Made by a program: the position numbers and the translations under genes
NCBI GenBank assembly: GCA_963798085.1
Contig: CAWCRS010000007.1
Location: 832,001 to 896,000, forward strand
DNA: 64,000 nt
Direction of reading: 5' to 3'
Origin: an uncultured Gemmatimonadales bacterium
GTDB taxonomy: Bacteria > Gemmatimonadota > Gemmatimonadetes > Longimicrobiales > RSA9
Notes under the pieces: generated by a model
The model's database searches: none
What the model was told of the DNA's origin: nothing
The model's input: only the letters and a program-made list of their open reading frames with translations
Shown: one piece after another, positions 33,843-43,057 of the stretch
Numbering within the stretch: the first letter of the stretch is position 1
Layout of the letters: each line of letters starts with the position of its first letter

Positions 33843-34345
33843 CTACTCCAGCATCACCTGCTGCCCGTGCTCGGGCGCGGGGCGCACGTAGGAGTGCCGC
33901 ATGATCGTGCGCGCGCACGTGTTCCACCGCAGGATGGCGTCGTCGTTGCCGGGTGGGCGGAGCGCCTCGGCCTTCTCGTACCACTGCATGGCCTGGCGCA
34001 GCCAGTCGTAGGCGATGGCGCCATCGCCGGTGGCGTTGCGCTCGAGGTGCACGCCCGCCTGGCGCTCGCAGATGATGCCCGCGTAGTAGGCGCGATGGTA
34101 TTCGCTGGCCAGGCGAGGCAGCAGCGCCTTGGCCTCCTTCTGCGTGGCGCCGCGCACACTGCGGAACTGGTCGGTCAGCGAAAGCAGCAGTCCGATCAGC
34201 GCTTCCTGGTTGGTACCGTCCGTCTCCAGGAATATCCAGGCAGAATGCTCTCCGCTTCCCACGGCTCGTTGAGCAGACGATAGCGCTCGACTTTGCGCAG
34301 CGCCGCTTCGATGCCTTCCCTGGTCAGTTTCTTGAGCTCGAACAT
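33843..34345 (-). CDS. Helical (TPR-like) hypothetical protein; frameshift near 34240
   Basis: GGAGG RBS; MFELKKLTREGIEAALRKVERYRLLNEPWEAESI continues in another frame as LLLSLTDQF...YYAGIICER...GNDDAILRWNTCAR. Confidence 0.75.
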
Positions 34346-34735
34346 GTCTGCCTCCGTTACCCTGCACCGACGCCGTACCCTGCGGCGGTCCTGACACGAC
34401 ATTATCAAACCGTGGGCTCGCCCTGGCGCCAGTCAGCACCCGCCAACGCTGCGCCAGGTGAATCATCGCCGATATGGCCGCATCCGCCTCGCACGGGAGC
34501 AGCGTCGTCCTCGAAACGGCTCGCAGTCCGGCATCATCTGCCGCGATGCGCCAGGCGACCCCGCCCGAATGCGGAGCGGAAATTCGAAACCATTCTGCAG
34601 TGCAGTGCCCCGGGCCCCGGCATTCGACTGCCGCGAATTGTCCCAGGCCCTGCAACGCCGGAAAGGTCGTCGCCGCCGACACGCGCGGGGCGAGCGGCCG
34701 GGGCTGCGCCCTCGAAACCCGCTGCGATTCGTCCT

Positions 34736-35509
34736 CTAGGTTCTCGCCGGATCCTCCTGTTTGCGCGGGCGGCCGCGCACCAGCTGCACCAGCCGGGCGA
34801 GTGGGTCGTATGCGGCTGTCACCACGCGCTCCTTCAGCGGGATGATGGCGTTGTCCGTGATGTGTATCTCTTCCGGGCACACCTTGGTGCAGCACTTGGT
34901 GATGTTGCAGTAGCCGATGCCCTGCTGCTCGCGCAGCTCGGTGAGCCGATCGCGCGTGTCCAGCGGGTGCATCTCGAGCGCGGCACTGTACACCAGGAAG
35001 CGCGGTCCAATGAACTGTTCGTGCATGTGATGCTCGCGCAGCACGTGGCACACGTCCTGGCACAGGTAGCACTCGATGCACTTGCGGAACTCCATCACGC
35101 GGTCGACGTCCTTCTGGTCCATGCGCCACGTGCCATCGGGCGCATCGGGCGCGCGCGGCTGGAACGGCTTTATGCGCTTCTTGACCGTGTAGTTCCACGA
35201 CACGTCAGTGACCAGGTCGCGGATCAGCGGGAACGCGCGCATGGGCTCGATCGTGATGGGCTTGTCCGTGGGCAGCGTGTTCATGCGCGTCATGCACATC
35301 AGGCGGGGCTTGCCGTTGACCTCGGCGGAGCAGGAGCCGCAGCGCCCGGCCTTGCAGTTCCAGCGGATGGCGAGGTCGTTGGCCTGCTCGGCCTGGATGC
35401 GGTGCATGGCATCGAGCACGACCATGCCTTCGCTGACATCTGTCGCGTAATCACGGAACTCGCCGCCGCCGGCATCGCCGCGCCACACCCGGAACGAGAC
35501 CCTTGCCAT
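34736..35509 (-). CDS. sdhB: Succinate dehydrogenase/fumarate reductase iron-sulfur subunit
   Basis: NCKAGRCGSC...C, CIECYLCQDVC and CNITKCCTKVCP cysteine clusters. Confidence 0.93.
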   Translation of the reverse strand: MARVSFRVWRGDAGGGEFRDYATDVSEGMVVLDAMHRIQAEQANDLAIRWNCKAGRCGSCSAEVNGKPRLMCMTRMNTLPTDKPITIEPMRAFPLIRDLVTDVSWNYTVKKRIKPFQPRAPDAPDGTWRMDQKDVDRVMEFRKCIECYLCQDVCHVLREHHMHEQFIGPRFLVYSAALEMHPLDTRDRLTELREQQGIGYCNITKCCTKVCPEEIHITDNAIIPLKERVVTAAYDPLARLVQLVRGRPRKQEDPART

Positions 35510-37326
35510 TATTTCAGCTCCTCAATGATCTGCTTCAGATCGGGTCGCATTTCCTTCACCGGGATGCGTTCCACGCTCATGCCTCCATCCGCCGCCATGC
35601 GAACAACCAGGTTATGCCGGCCCCAGTCCGCATCCTTGCTGCTGTAGTCCTCGCGGAAATGCGCGCCCCGCGATTCCTTGCGCGTGAGCGCGCAGCGCGT
35701 GACCGCCTCGGCCACGGTGAGCAGGTTGCGCAGGTCGAGCGCGGTGTGCCAGCCCGGGTTGTACTCGCGGTTGCCGTAGACTGCCACATTCGCCGCCTTC
35801 GCCTCGAGCTGCTCGATCACACCCAGCGCGCGCTGCATTTCGGCTTCGTTGCGGACAATGCCGACCAGGTCCTGCATGGATTCCTGCAGTTCGTGTTCGA
35901 TCGCGAACGGGCCATCGGACCCGGCCGAGCCGTTGCGCTCGAAGGGTGCGAGGGCGGTGCGAGCCGCGTCGTCGACCTGATCCGTGTCAACCATGGGTTC
36001 ACGGCTTTCGCGCGCGAACCCCGCCGCGTGATCCCCCGCCCGCCGGCCGAACACCAGCAGGTCTGACAGCGAGTTGCCGCCCAGCCGGTTGGCGCCGTGC
36101 AGGCCCGCGCCGCACTCGCCCGCAGCGAACAGTCCCGGCACCGTCGACATCTGCGAGTCCGGGTCCACCCGCACGCCGCCCATCACGTAATGCGTTGTTG
36201 GTCCAACCTCCATCGGCTCTTCCGTGATGTCGATGTCGGCGAGCGCCTTGAACTGGTGGTACATGCCGGGCAGCTTGCGCTTGATGTGCTCGCGGCCGTT
36301 CTTCACGCGCTCGCGGATCCAGGCAATGTCGAGGAAGACGCCGCCGTGTGGGCTGCCGCGGCCTTCCTTGATCTCGGTCACGATCTTGCGCGCCACGTGG
36401 TCGCGCGTCAGCAGCTCGGGCGGCCGGCGCGCGTTGCGATCACCCTGCGTGTAGCGCCAGCCCTCCTCTTCATTGTCCGCCGTCTGCGCCACGTAGGCGG
36501 GCGGTATCTCATCGAACATGAAGCGCCGGCCCTTGCTGTTGCGCAGCACGCCGCCTTCGCCACGCACGCCTTCCGTGACCAGGATGCCGCGCACGCTGGG
36601 CGGCCACACCATGCCCGTCGGATGGAACTGCACGAACTCCATGTCGATCAGCTCGGCGCCCGCGTGGTAGGCCAGCGCGTGGCCATCGCCCGTGTACTCC
36701 CAGCTGTTGCTGGTGACGCGGAAAGCGCGGCCAATGCCACCCGTCGCCAGCACCACTGCCTTCGCGGGGAACAGCACGAAGCGGCCGCGCTCGCGCTCGT
36801 AGCCGAACGCCCCCGCAATGCGCTCGCCGTCGCGCAGCAGCGCAATGATCGTGCACTCCATGTGAAAGGAAATGCCGCGGTGCACGCCGTGGTCCTGCAG
36901 TGTGCGGATCATTTCGAGGCCGGTACGGTCGCCCACGTGCGCCAGCCGCGGGTACGCGTGGCCGCCGAAATTGCGCTGCAGGATGCGACCGTCCGGTGTG
37001 CGGTCGAAGAGCGCGCCCCACGCTTCCAGCTCGCGCACGCGATCCGGTGCCTCCTTCGCGTGCAGCTCTGCCATGCGCCAGTTGTTGAGGTACTGCCCGC
37101 CTCGCATGGTGTCGGCGAAGTGCACCTTCCAGCTGTCGCGGTCGTCGACGTTGCCCAGTGCCGCCGCGACGCCGCCCTCCGCCATCACGGTGTGCGCCTT
37201 GCCCAGCAGGGATTTGCAGACAACGCCCACGGACACGTTGGCGGCGGACGCCGCGATCGCGGCCGAGAGTCCCGCGCCGCCCGCGCCGATGACGAGCACG
37301 TCATAGGGGTGTGTCGCGTGCTCCAT
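35509..37326 (-). CDS. sdhA: Succinate dehydrogenase/fumarate reductase flavoprotein
   Basis: GAGGAG FAD loop, AHTVMAEGG (covalent FAD His), QFHPTG, TEGVRGEGG, HYVMGG, HGANRLGGNSL and ESRGAH. Confidence 0.95.
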   Translation of the reverse strand: MEHATHPYDVLVIGAGGAGLSAAIAASAANVSVGVVCKSLLGKAHTVMAEGGVAAALGNVDDRDSWKVHFADTMRGGQYLNNWRMAELHAKEAPDRVRELEAWGALFDRTPDGRILQRNFGGHAYPRLAHVGDRTGLEMIRTLQDHGVHRGISFHMECTIIALLRDGERIAGAFGYERERGRFVLFPAKAVVLATGGIGRAFRVTSNSWEYTGDGHALAYHAGAELIDMEFVQFHPTGMVWPPSVRGILVTEGVRGEGGVLRNSKGRRFMFDEIPPAYVAQTADNEEEGWRYTQGDRNARRPPELLTRDHVARKIVTEIKEGRGSPHGGVFLDIAWIRERVKNGREHIKRKLPGMYHQFKALADIDITEEPMEVGPTTHYVMGGVRVDPDSQMSTVPGLFAAGECGAGLHGANRLGGNSLSDLLVFGRRAGDHAAGFARESREPMVDTDQVDDAARTALAPFERNGSAGSDGPFAIEHELQESMQDLVGIVRNEAEMQRALGVIEQLEAKAANVAVYGNREYNPGWHTALDLRNLLTVAEAVTRCALTRKESRGAHFREDYSSKDADWGRHNLVVRMAADGGMSVERIPVKEMRPDLKQIIEELK

Positions 37327-38129
37327 CAGAAGAACCTCCAGTCGCGCCACACACCCATGGAGCAGAGTCGCACGTACACATCGGAGAACGCCACCCAGAA
37401 GAGGCTCATCCAGGCGAAAAGCATGTGCCGCGCATTGAGTGCGCACGCGCCTCGATACGCCTGGTACTGCGCGGGCCGCTTCGAGATCTGCGTGAGTCCG
37501 CCACCGATCAGGTGGCGGAAGGAGTGGCAGCCCAGCGTGTAACCGCCCAGCAGCACCACGTTCATGGTCAGCACGATGCTGCCCACGCCCAGGCCCAGTT
37601 GTTCGCTGCCGGTCGCCGGATTCGTGAACCAGAACGCGTGCCATGCATTGCTCGCCAGCACCACGAGGAACACCAGCGCGACATAGAGGAAGTAGCGATG
37701 GATATTCTGGATGATGAGTGGGAACGAACGTTCGCCCAGGTATTTCTTGCGCGGCTCCCCCACCGTGCAGGAGGGCGGGTCCGCCCAGAATGCCTTGTAG
37801 TAGGCGCCGCGGTAGTAATAGCAGGTCAGGCGGAACCCGGCTGGCGCCCAGAGAATCAGGATCGCAGGCGAGAAGGGCAGCACTGGTGGCCACCACTGCG
37901 GTTTCGGCCCGAACCACGCGTGCGGCGAGTCGCCGAACAGTACCGGCGAATAGAACGGCGACAGATAATTGCCGAACGTGTAATGATCCCCCTGGAACGC
38001 CGCCCATGTGGCGTACACGAGGAATCCGGACAGCCCGAGAAACACCACCAGCGGCTGCAGCCACCAGGCATCGCGACGCGAGGTCATGCCGAAGCCGCGT
38101 CGCGCCACCGTGATCGTGCTCTGTGCCAT
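37326..38129 (-). CDS. Single membrane anchor of Sdh1-type (Rv0249c-like) succinate dehydrogenase
   Basis: GAGGAGG RBS; YLSPFYSP, FRLTCYYYRGAYY, QNIHRYF, YTLGCHSFRH and H..FAW motifs; directly upstream of sdhA. Confidence 0.85.
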   Translation of the reverse strand: MAQSTITVARRGFGMTSRRDAWWLQPLVVFLGLSGFLVYATWAAFQGDHYTFGNYLSPFYSPVLFGDSPHAWFGPKPQWWPPVLPFSPAILILWAPAGFRLTCYYYRGAYYKAFWADPPSCTVGEPRKKYLGERSFPLIIQNIHRYFLYVALVFLVVLASNAWHAFWFTNPATGSEQLGLGVGSIVLTMNVVLLGGYTLGCHSFRHLIGGGLTQISKRPAQYQAYRGACALNARHMLFAWMSLFWVAFSDVYVRLCSMGVWRDWRFF

Positions 38130-38210
38130 TCCTCCTCTCCGCGATCGTGGTTGGGTGGAGGCGCGCGCAATCTGGGGGGTGTGGGCGCAGCGGGCAAATC
38201 CACAGCGGTG

Positions 38211-38575
38211 GCCGTTTCTCGGGCTGGGGCCCGGGCTGGGGCTGGGGCACGACGTCTCAGGTGACGCAGGTTGGGTTGCCCGGGCGGTTGCTGGCGTAGC
38301 TCGGGGACGGACCGGACCGGCAGGCGGGCTGCCGGCAAATGTCGTGTTATACGCACTTCCAACCGCGCCCACGGCATTGAATGGGCGGACCTGCGCCACT
38401 TCCGTCGCGTCCATGATCGCGACGCAGGTCGCCGCGCCCCGGCACCTTTCCGGATAACCGCAACACACCAGTCGAGCCCAGCACGCAGTTCAATCCATCC
38501 GGTTCCGTTCCCGAGCAACCAGCCCCGGCAACCAGCCCCAGCCACGCCGTCCGATCCGTTCAGCCCAGAAGCGGG
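38211..38575. repeat. Two oppositely oriented hexamer-based repeats flanking a ~250-bp spacer
   Basis: gccgtttctcgggctggggcccgggctggggctggggc (38211-38248) faces ccgttcccgagcaaccagccccggcaaccagccccagcc (~38505-38543); same family as 20970-21103. Confidence 0.65.
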
Positions 38576-38892
38576 TTCAAGGAATCCGCCCGACCTCCCG
38601 AACCTCCAGATCGGGTGATTTCGTCCTGCCGCCCGGCAGGAACGCCGGTCCTTGCCGGCATCGGGTGGCGGGCTTGCGTAGGATGCGTTTGCCCGTTCGC
38701 ACCGGTCTCCGGCGCTCCACGAGTAAACACTGTCCCGGTTTGCGGGCCGTCCCGCGCAATGGCCTCAGCCAGCGAGCGCCACGCCGTCCGCGTGTCCGCT
38801 CGTCGTGGCGCAGGCAGAACGGGGCTCCGCAGCGGCGCCGGATCGCGTCGCGAAGCGGTTGTGCTCCAGTACAGGTGTCAGGGGGTGCAGAA

Positions 38893-40005
38893 ATGAATCT
38901 CGCTGCCCTGCTCGTGCGCAGCGCGCTGATCGCGCTGGGTTGTGGCGTGCTCGCCGCCGCCGCGGCCCTGCTCGGCCACGCTGCGTGGACCGATTTCCTG
39001 CATCATCGTCGTGAGCCGCAGTTGCAGCGCGCGCGCACGGTCTTCCGCGAGCTGCTCGCCACGACGACTGCCAGGCTGCGCGATACCAGCACGCGCACCA
39101 CCGATGCGAGCCGCGCCGCCGCCCGCGAGCGCCGCGAGCAGCTGGCCGTTCTGCGCGCACTCAAGCCGCGCGAGCGCGAGGCACTGGTGCTCCCGCTGGC
39201 CGAGCAGATCGAGCTGTCCGCACGTCCCGCGCTGCTCTGGGTCGCACGTGAGCTGGGCCTGGTGGCGCGCGGCATGGCGCTCACGCGTCACCGTCTGTGG
39301 TGGCAGCGTCTGCGCGGTGCGCGTCTGCTGACGGTGACGGGCGGAGGCGACGAAGTGATGCCGGCTCTGCTCCGGGATCCGCATGCCTCGTTGCGCGCGC
39401 AGGCCGCGCGCTGGGCGACACTCCACCCTTCGCCCGCCATCGCGTGTGCGCTGCTCGAGCGCATCACCGATCCCGACGACGCGGCGCGCAGCGCCGTTCA
39501 CGATGCGTTGTGCCAGCTGCAGTCGCTCTCCACTGCGCCGCTGATGCAGCTCCTCGAGCAATGCGATGGGCCGCATGCGGAAGCCGCGCTGGCGCTGGGC
39601 GCGCTCATGCCGCAACCCGATTTCCAGCCCCTCGCCGTGCGCCACTGCGCGCACGAAGCTCCGGGCGTCCGTGCCCACGCCATTGCGCTGCTCGCGATCG
39701 TGGGCGATGCCAATGCGTCGCATCACATCGTGCGCGGACTCGAGGATGAGGATGCGGGCGTGCGCGCTGCAGCCGTGCGTGCACTCGGTCGCATGGGTCA
39801 ATGGCATCGCGCACCCGCGCTGGCTGCCCGCCTGCGCGACAATTCCTGGGACGTGCGCCGCGCCGCCGGCCTTACGCTGCGCAGCCTGGGCAGCCCGGGC
39901 CTCACGGTGCTCCGCCGCATGACCACGGACGGCAACAGCTTCGCGGCAGACATGGCGAGGCAGGTGCTGGATCTGCCGGCCGGCGTAGCGGAGGTGTTCG
40001 CATGA
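38893..40005 (+). CDS. Membrane-anchored HEAT-repeat protein
   Basis: N-terminal TM helix and repeated LRDPHASLRAQAARW, LEDEDAGVRAAAVRALG and LRDNSWDVRRAAGLTL. Confidence 0.85.
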   Translation: MNLAALLVRSALIALGCGVLAAAAALLGHAAWTDFLHHRREPQLQRARTVFRELLATTTARLRDTSTRTTDASRAAARERREQLAVLRALKPREREALVLPLAEQIELSARPALLWVARELGLVARGMALTRHRLWWQRLRGARLLTVTGGGDEVMPALLRDPHASLRAQAARWATLHPSPAIACALLERITDPDDAARSAVHDALCQLQSLSTAPLMQLLEQCDGPHAEAALALGALMPQPDFQPLAVRHCAHEAPGVRAHAIALLAIVGDANASHHIVRGLEDEDAGVRAAAVRALGRMGQWHRAPALAARLRDNSWDVRRAAGLTLRSLGSPGLTVLRRMTTDGNSFAADMARQVLDLPAGVAEVFA

Positions 40006-41471
40006 GCCCGACATTCCTCGAGCTGCTGCGCAGCACGACGGGCGCCCTCGAGCTGCTGGCAATTCTCGTCGGCTGTCTGCTGAGCGGCTGGGGCCTCGTG
40101 CTGCTGGCGGCCGCGGCCCTGGAAGCGCGCGCCCACCGTCCGCTGGGTGGCGAGCCGCCTCAGCTACGCAACGCCTCGCCGTCCACGCCGCGTGTCAGCA
40201 TTCTCGTGTCGGTGCGGAACGAGCGGGCCACGATCGTCGATCGGCTGCGCGCCATCAAGCGCGTTGACTGGTCCAATCTCGAGGTCGTCGTGGTCAATGA
40301 TGGCTCGCGCGATGGTACGCTGGATGAGCTGCGCAGCGCGCTCGATCTCGTGCGCATCCACGCCATCTATCGACGCACGCTTTCCACGCGGCCGATCCGC
40401 GGCCTGCATCGCACGCGCACGCACCCGAACCTCATCGTCGTCGACAAGGAACAGGGCGGCCGCGCCAATGCGCTCAATGCCGCGCTCGACGTCGCCACAG
40501 GCGATCTCGTGTGCGCGCTCGAGCCTGGCGCCACACTCGAGCCCGATGCCGTGCCGCGACTGGTCGCACCATTCCTCGATCACGCCGACACCGTCGCCGC
40601 CGCCGGCGCCATCGGCGTTGCCAATGGCTCGGTGACACACGATGGGTGCGTCGTCGAGGGGCGCGTGCCGCTGCACGCCGTGGCCGGATTCCAGCTGCTG
40701 GCGTATCTTCGCACGTCTCTCTTCGCCCGCCTCGGCTGGAATCGGCTGGGCGGCAATCTCGACCTGGCGGACACGGTCCTGCTCTATCGACGCGCTTCGC
40801 TGCTTCGTGCAGGTGGCTTCGAGCGGGCGGAAGCGGGCGCCGACTCTGCAGTGATCGCCCGGCTGTTCGCAGGGACGAGCGAACACCGCGCAGGCCGTCA
40901 TGTCCACTTCCTGCCCGAGCCCGTGGCATGGACCCTGGCGCCGCAGCAAGCGGCAGTCATCGGACGGCAGCACGCAGCCCGACAGCGCGCGCTCGCGGTT
41001 CTGCTCGTATCGCAGTGCCGCAAGTACTTCCACGTGCGCGGCGCACCCTCGTGCCTGCTGCCCCGGCTGCACGCGCTGACAGAGCTGTTCGCACCCGTCA
41101 TCGAACTCGCAGGCCTGCTGGCGCTCCTGGTGGCGGCCAGCGCCGGTGTGCTCAATGGCCCCCTCGCCGCGCTTCTCCTGCTGACGAGTTGCGGCCTCAC
41201 TACCGTGCACACGCTGGCGGCACTGGTGCTGGAGGAACTGGTTCGCTGTCGCTACACGCGGCGGCGCGACAAGCTGCTGCTCCTTTGCTGGGCGCTGCTC
41301 GAGAATCTGGGCTATCGTCAGCTGCTTCAGATCTGGCGTGCGCGCGGCCTGTTCAGCACACTGCGCCGCCCGCCGGCAACACGCACGGTGCAGCAGGTGC
41401 TCGTACCCGTACCTGCGGCCACGCCTGCCATGACTGTGCTCGCGGCGCGACCGTCGGCAGGAGCCGCCTGA
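40002..41471 (+). CDS. GT2-family (PgaC/IcaA-like) membrane glycosyltransferase homolog with degenerate catalytic motifs
   Basis: PRVSILV, EVVVVNDGSRDGT, DKEQGGRANALN and PEPVAWT with C-terminal TMs. The DxD, ED and QxxRW motifs are not intact. Confidence 0.8.
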   Translation: MSPTFLELLRSTTGALELLAILVGCLLSGWGLVLLAAAALEARAHRPLGGEPPQLRNASPSTPRVSILVSVRNERATIVDRLRAIKRVDWSNLEVVVVNDGSRDGTLDELRSALDLVRIHAIYRRTLSTRPIRGLHRTRTHPNLIVVDKEQGGRANALNAALDVATGDLVCALEPGATLEPDAVPRLVAPFLDHADTVAAAGAIGVANGSVTHDGCVVEGRVPLHAVAGFQLLAYLRTSLFARLGWNRLGGNLDLADTVLLYRRASLLRAGGFERAEAGADSAVIARLFAGTSEHRAGRHVHFLPEPVAWTLAPQQAAVIGRQHAARQRALAVLLVSQCRKYFHVRGAPSCLLPRLHALTELFAPVIELAGLLALLVAASAGVLNGPLAALLLLTSCGLTTVHTLAALVLEELVRCRYTRRRDKLLLLCWALLENLGYRQLLQIWRARGLFSTLRRPPATRTVQQVLVPVPAATPAMTVLAARPSAGAA

Positions 41472-41487
41472 GGAGCGCAGTGCACGC

Positions 41488-43032
41488 ATGAAGTTCGCGC
41501 TGTCATCCGGCAACTGCGACGGCGCGCGTTTCCCGTGGCTGCTGCGTGTCGGTTCTGCTCTGCTGGCCATGCTGCTGGCATGCCTGCCACTGCAGGCCCA
41601 GAGCAACGCCGCCGACTCCGCATGGGCGCGCGGTGACCGCAGCCTCGCCCGACAGCTGTACGCGGCAAGACTGGCGACAGACTCCACGGATGCGCTCGCC
41701 CTCTTCCGCATGGCGCAGCTCGCATCCTGGGTGCGCGACTTCCACGCAACCGTGCGTTATCTCGACCGTCTCCTGACGCTGCATCCGGAGGACCGCGATG
41801 CGCGCGCCGCCCGGGCGCGCGCCATCGCACAGCTGGGCAACCTGGCTGCGGCCATTGACACCGCCAACGCCATCCTGGCCGCGTTCCCCGACGCTGTGGG
41901 GGCGCTCCAGGCGAGGGCGCGCTTCGCGGCATGGAACGGCGACCTGCGTGCCAGCGAGCGCTGGCTGCGAGAGGCGCTGGCGCGCGACTCGAACAACGCC
42001 GACACGCGCGTGGCCCTGGCGCAGACCCTGCGCTGGCAGGGCCGGCCCGATCTGGCGAGCGCCGTGCTGGCGCCCGCACGGCAGCGTTGGCCTGATAACA
42101 CCGATGTTCGCGAGGAAGCACACTGGCTGGCGCAGCAGCTGCAGCCTCACACGCGCTCGGGCATCACCCGCGAAGACGATTCCGATGGCAACGGCATCAC
42201 CACGCTCACCGCCAATGCCGCCGCGCGCCCCATGCTTCGCCTGGAGCTGCGCGCCGGCGGCTATCTGCGGCACGCGGGCCTCAATGCAGCGGCCAGCGCC
42301 ATCGACGCGCGTGGTGTGGTCCTGACAGCGTCTTATCTCGCAGGCAATGGCTGGACCCTGGAAGCATCGGGTGGCGCCAGCCGCTCGAATGCGGAGCAGG
42401 CGACAACACTGCCCGCACTCGCCGGCGCCATCCTCTCGCCCCGACGCAACCGCGCCGTCATCGGCGTCGGCCTGACACGCACGCCGTTCGACTACACCGC
42501 ACCGCTGGCGCGCAACCGTGTCGTGGTCGATGAGGCGCGCGCCACCCTCGATCTGCGCGCCAGCCGCGACTGGAGCCTTGCGCTCGCTGCCGCCACGGCG
42601 CGCTTCGACATCCGTGGCGCCGGCCTGCAGAATCACCGCGCCAGCGGCGAAGCGCACCTCATGCGCCGGCTGTCCGACGCCCTCTCGCTCGCGCTGGGCA
42701 TGCGCGTTTTCGGCTTCGATCGCGATCTCAGCGGCGGCTATTTCGATCCTGATCTCTACGGCATCGCCGACCTGGCTCTCGGCTGGCACTGGCAGGCCAG
42801 CCACTGGACGGTCGACGCCGAGGCTGCGCCCGGCGTGCAGCAGGTGGGCAGCACCGGCAGTCCCGGTGGCGCCGCCCGTGCTGCCGGCACCCTGGCGTAC
42901 GATGTGCGCCCCGGCCGACGCCTCGCGCTGCGTGGCGTCTGGGCCAACACGGGGCTGCAGCAGCTTTCGCCCGGAGCCGGCGCAGCCTACCGTTACACCT
43001 CGGCGTCACTGCTCTTCTCCTGGTGGTTCTAG
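41488..43032 (+). CDS. TPR + C-terminal outer-membrane beta-barrel protein (PgaA/YaiO-like architecture)
   Basis: Signal peptide ending LQA-Q, several TPR repeats, then beta-strands with GYFDP and terminal FSWWF. Confidence 0.75.
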   Translation: MKFALSSGNCDGARFPWLLRVGSALLAMLLACLPLQAQSNAADSAWARGDRSLARQLYAARLATDSTDALALFRMAQLASWVRDFHATVRYLDRLLTLHPEDRDARAARARAIAQLGNLAAAIDTANAILAAFPDAVGALQARARFAAWNGDLRASERWLREALARDSNNADTRVALAQTLRWQGRPDLASAVLAPARQRWPDNTDVREEAHWLAQQLQPHTRSGITREDDSDGNGITTLTANAAARPMLRLELRAGGYLRHAGLNAAASAIDARGVVLTASYLAGNGWTLEASGGASRSNAEQATTLPALAGAILSPRRNRAVIGVGLTRTPFDYTAPLARNRVVVDEARATLDLRASRDWSLALAAATARFDIRGAGLQNHRASGEAHLMRRLSDALSLALGMRVFGFDRDLSGGYFDPDLYGIADLALGWHWQASHWTVDAEAAPGVQQVGSTGSPGGAARAAGTLAYDVRPGRRLALRGVWANTGLQQLSPGAGAAYRYTSASLLFSWWF

Positions 43033-43057
43033 CGACGGTTCACCCGTTCCGGGATTC

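Noticed and set aside
34350..34735. Possible ncRNA or small gene between sdhB and the downstream ORF
   Set aside because: No recognisable RNA motif, strong repeat or credible ORF.
35509..38250. 913-aa SdhA with a long N-terminal extension
   Set aside because: The extension is an alternative frame of the anchor gene; the true start is ATG 37326.
38660..38700. c-di-GMP-I riboswitch-like words on the minus strand (GGCAAAC...ACGCAAGC)
   Set aside because: The spacing is too short for the GNRA-capped stem and no second stem or receptor is evident; an Rfam search would settle it.
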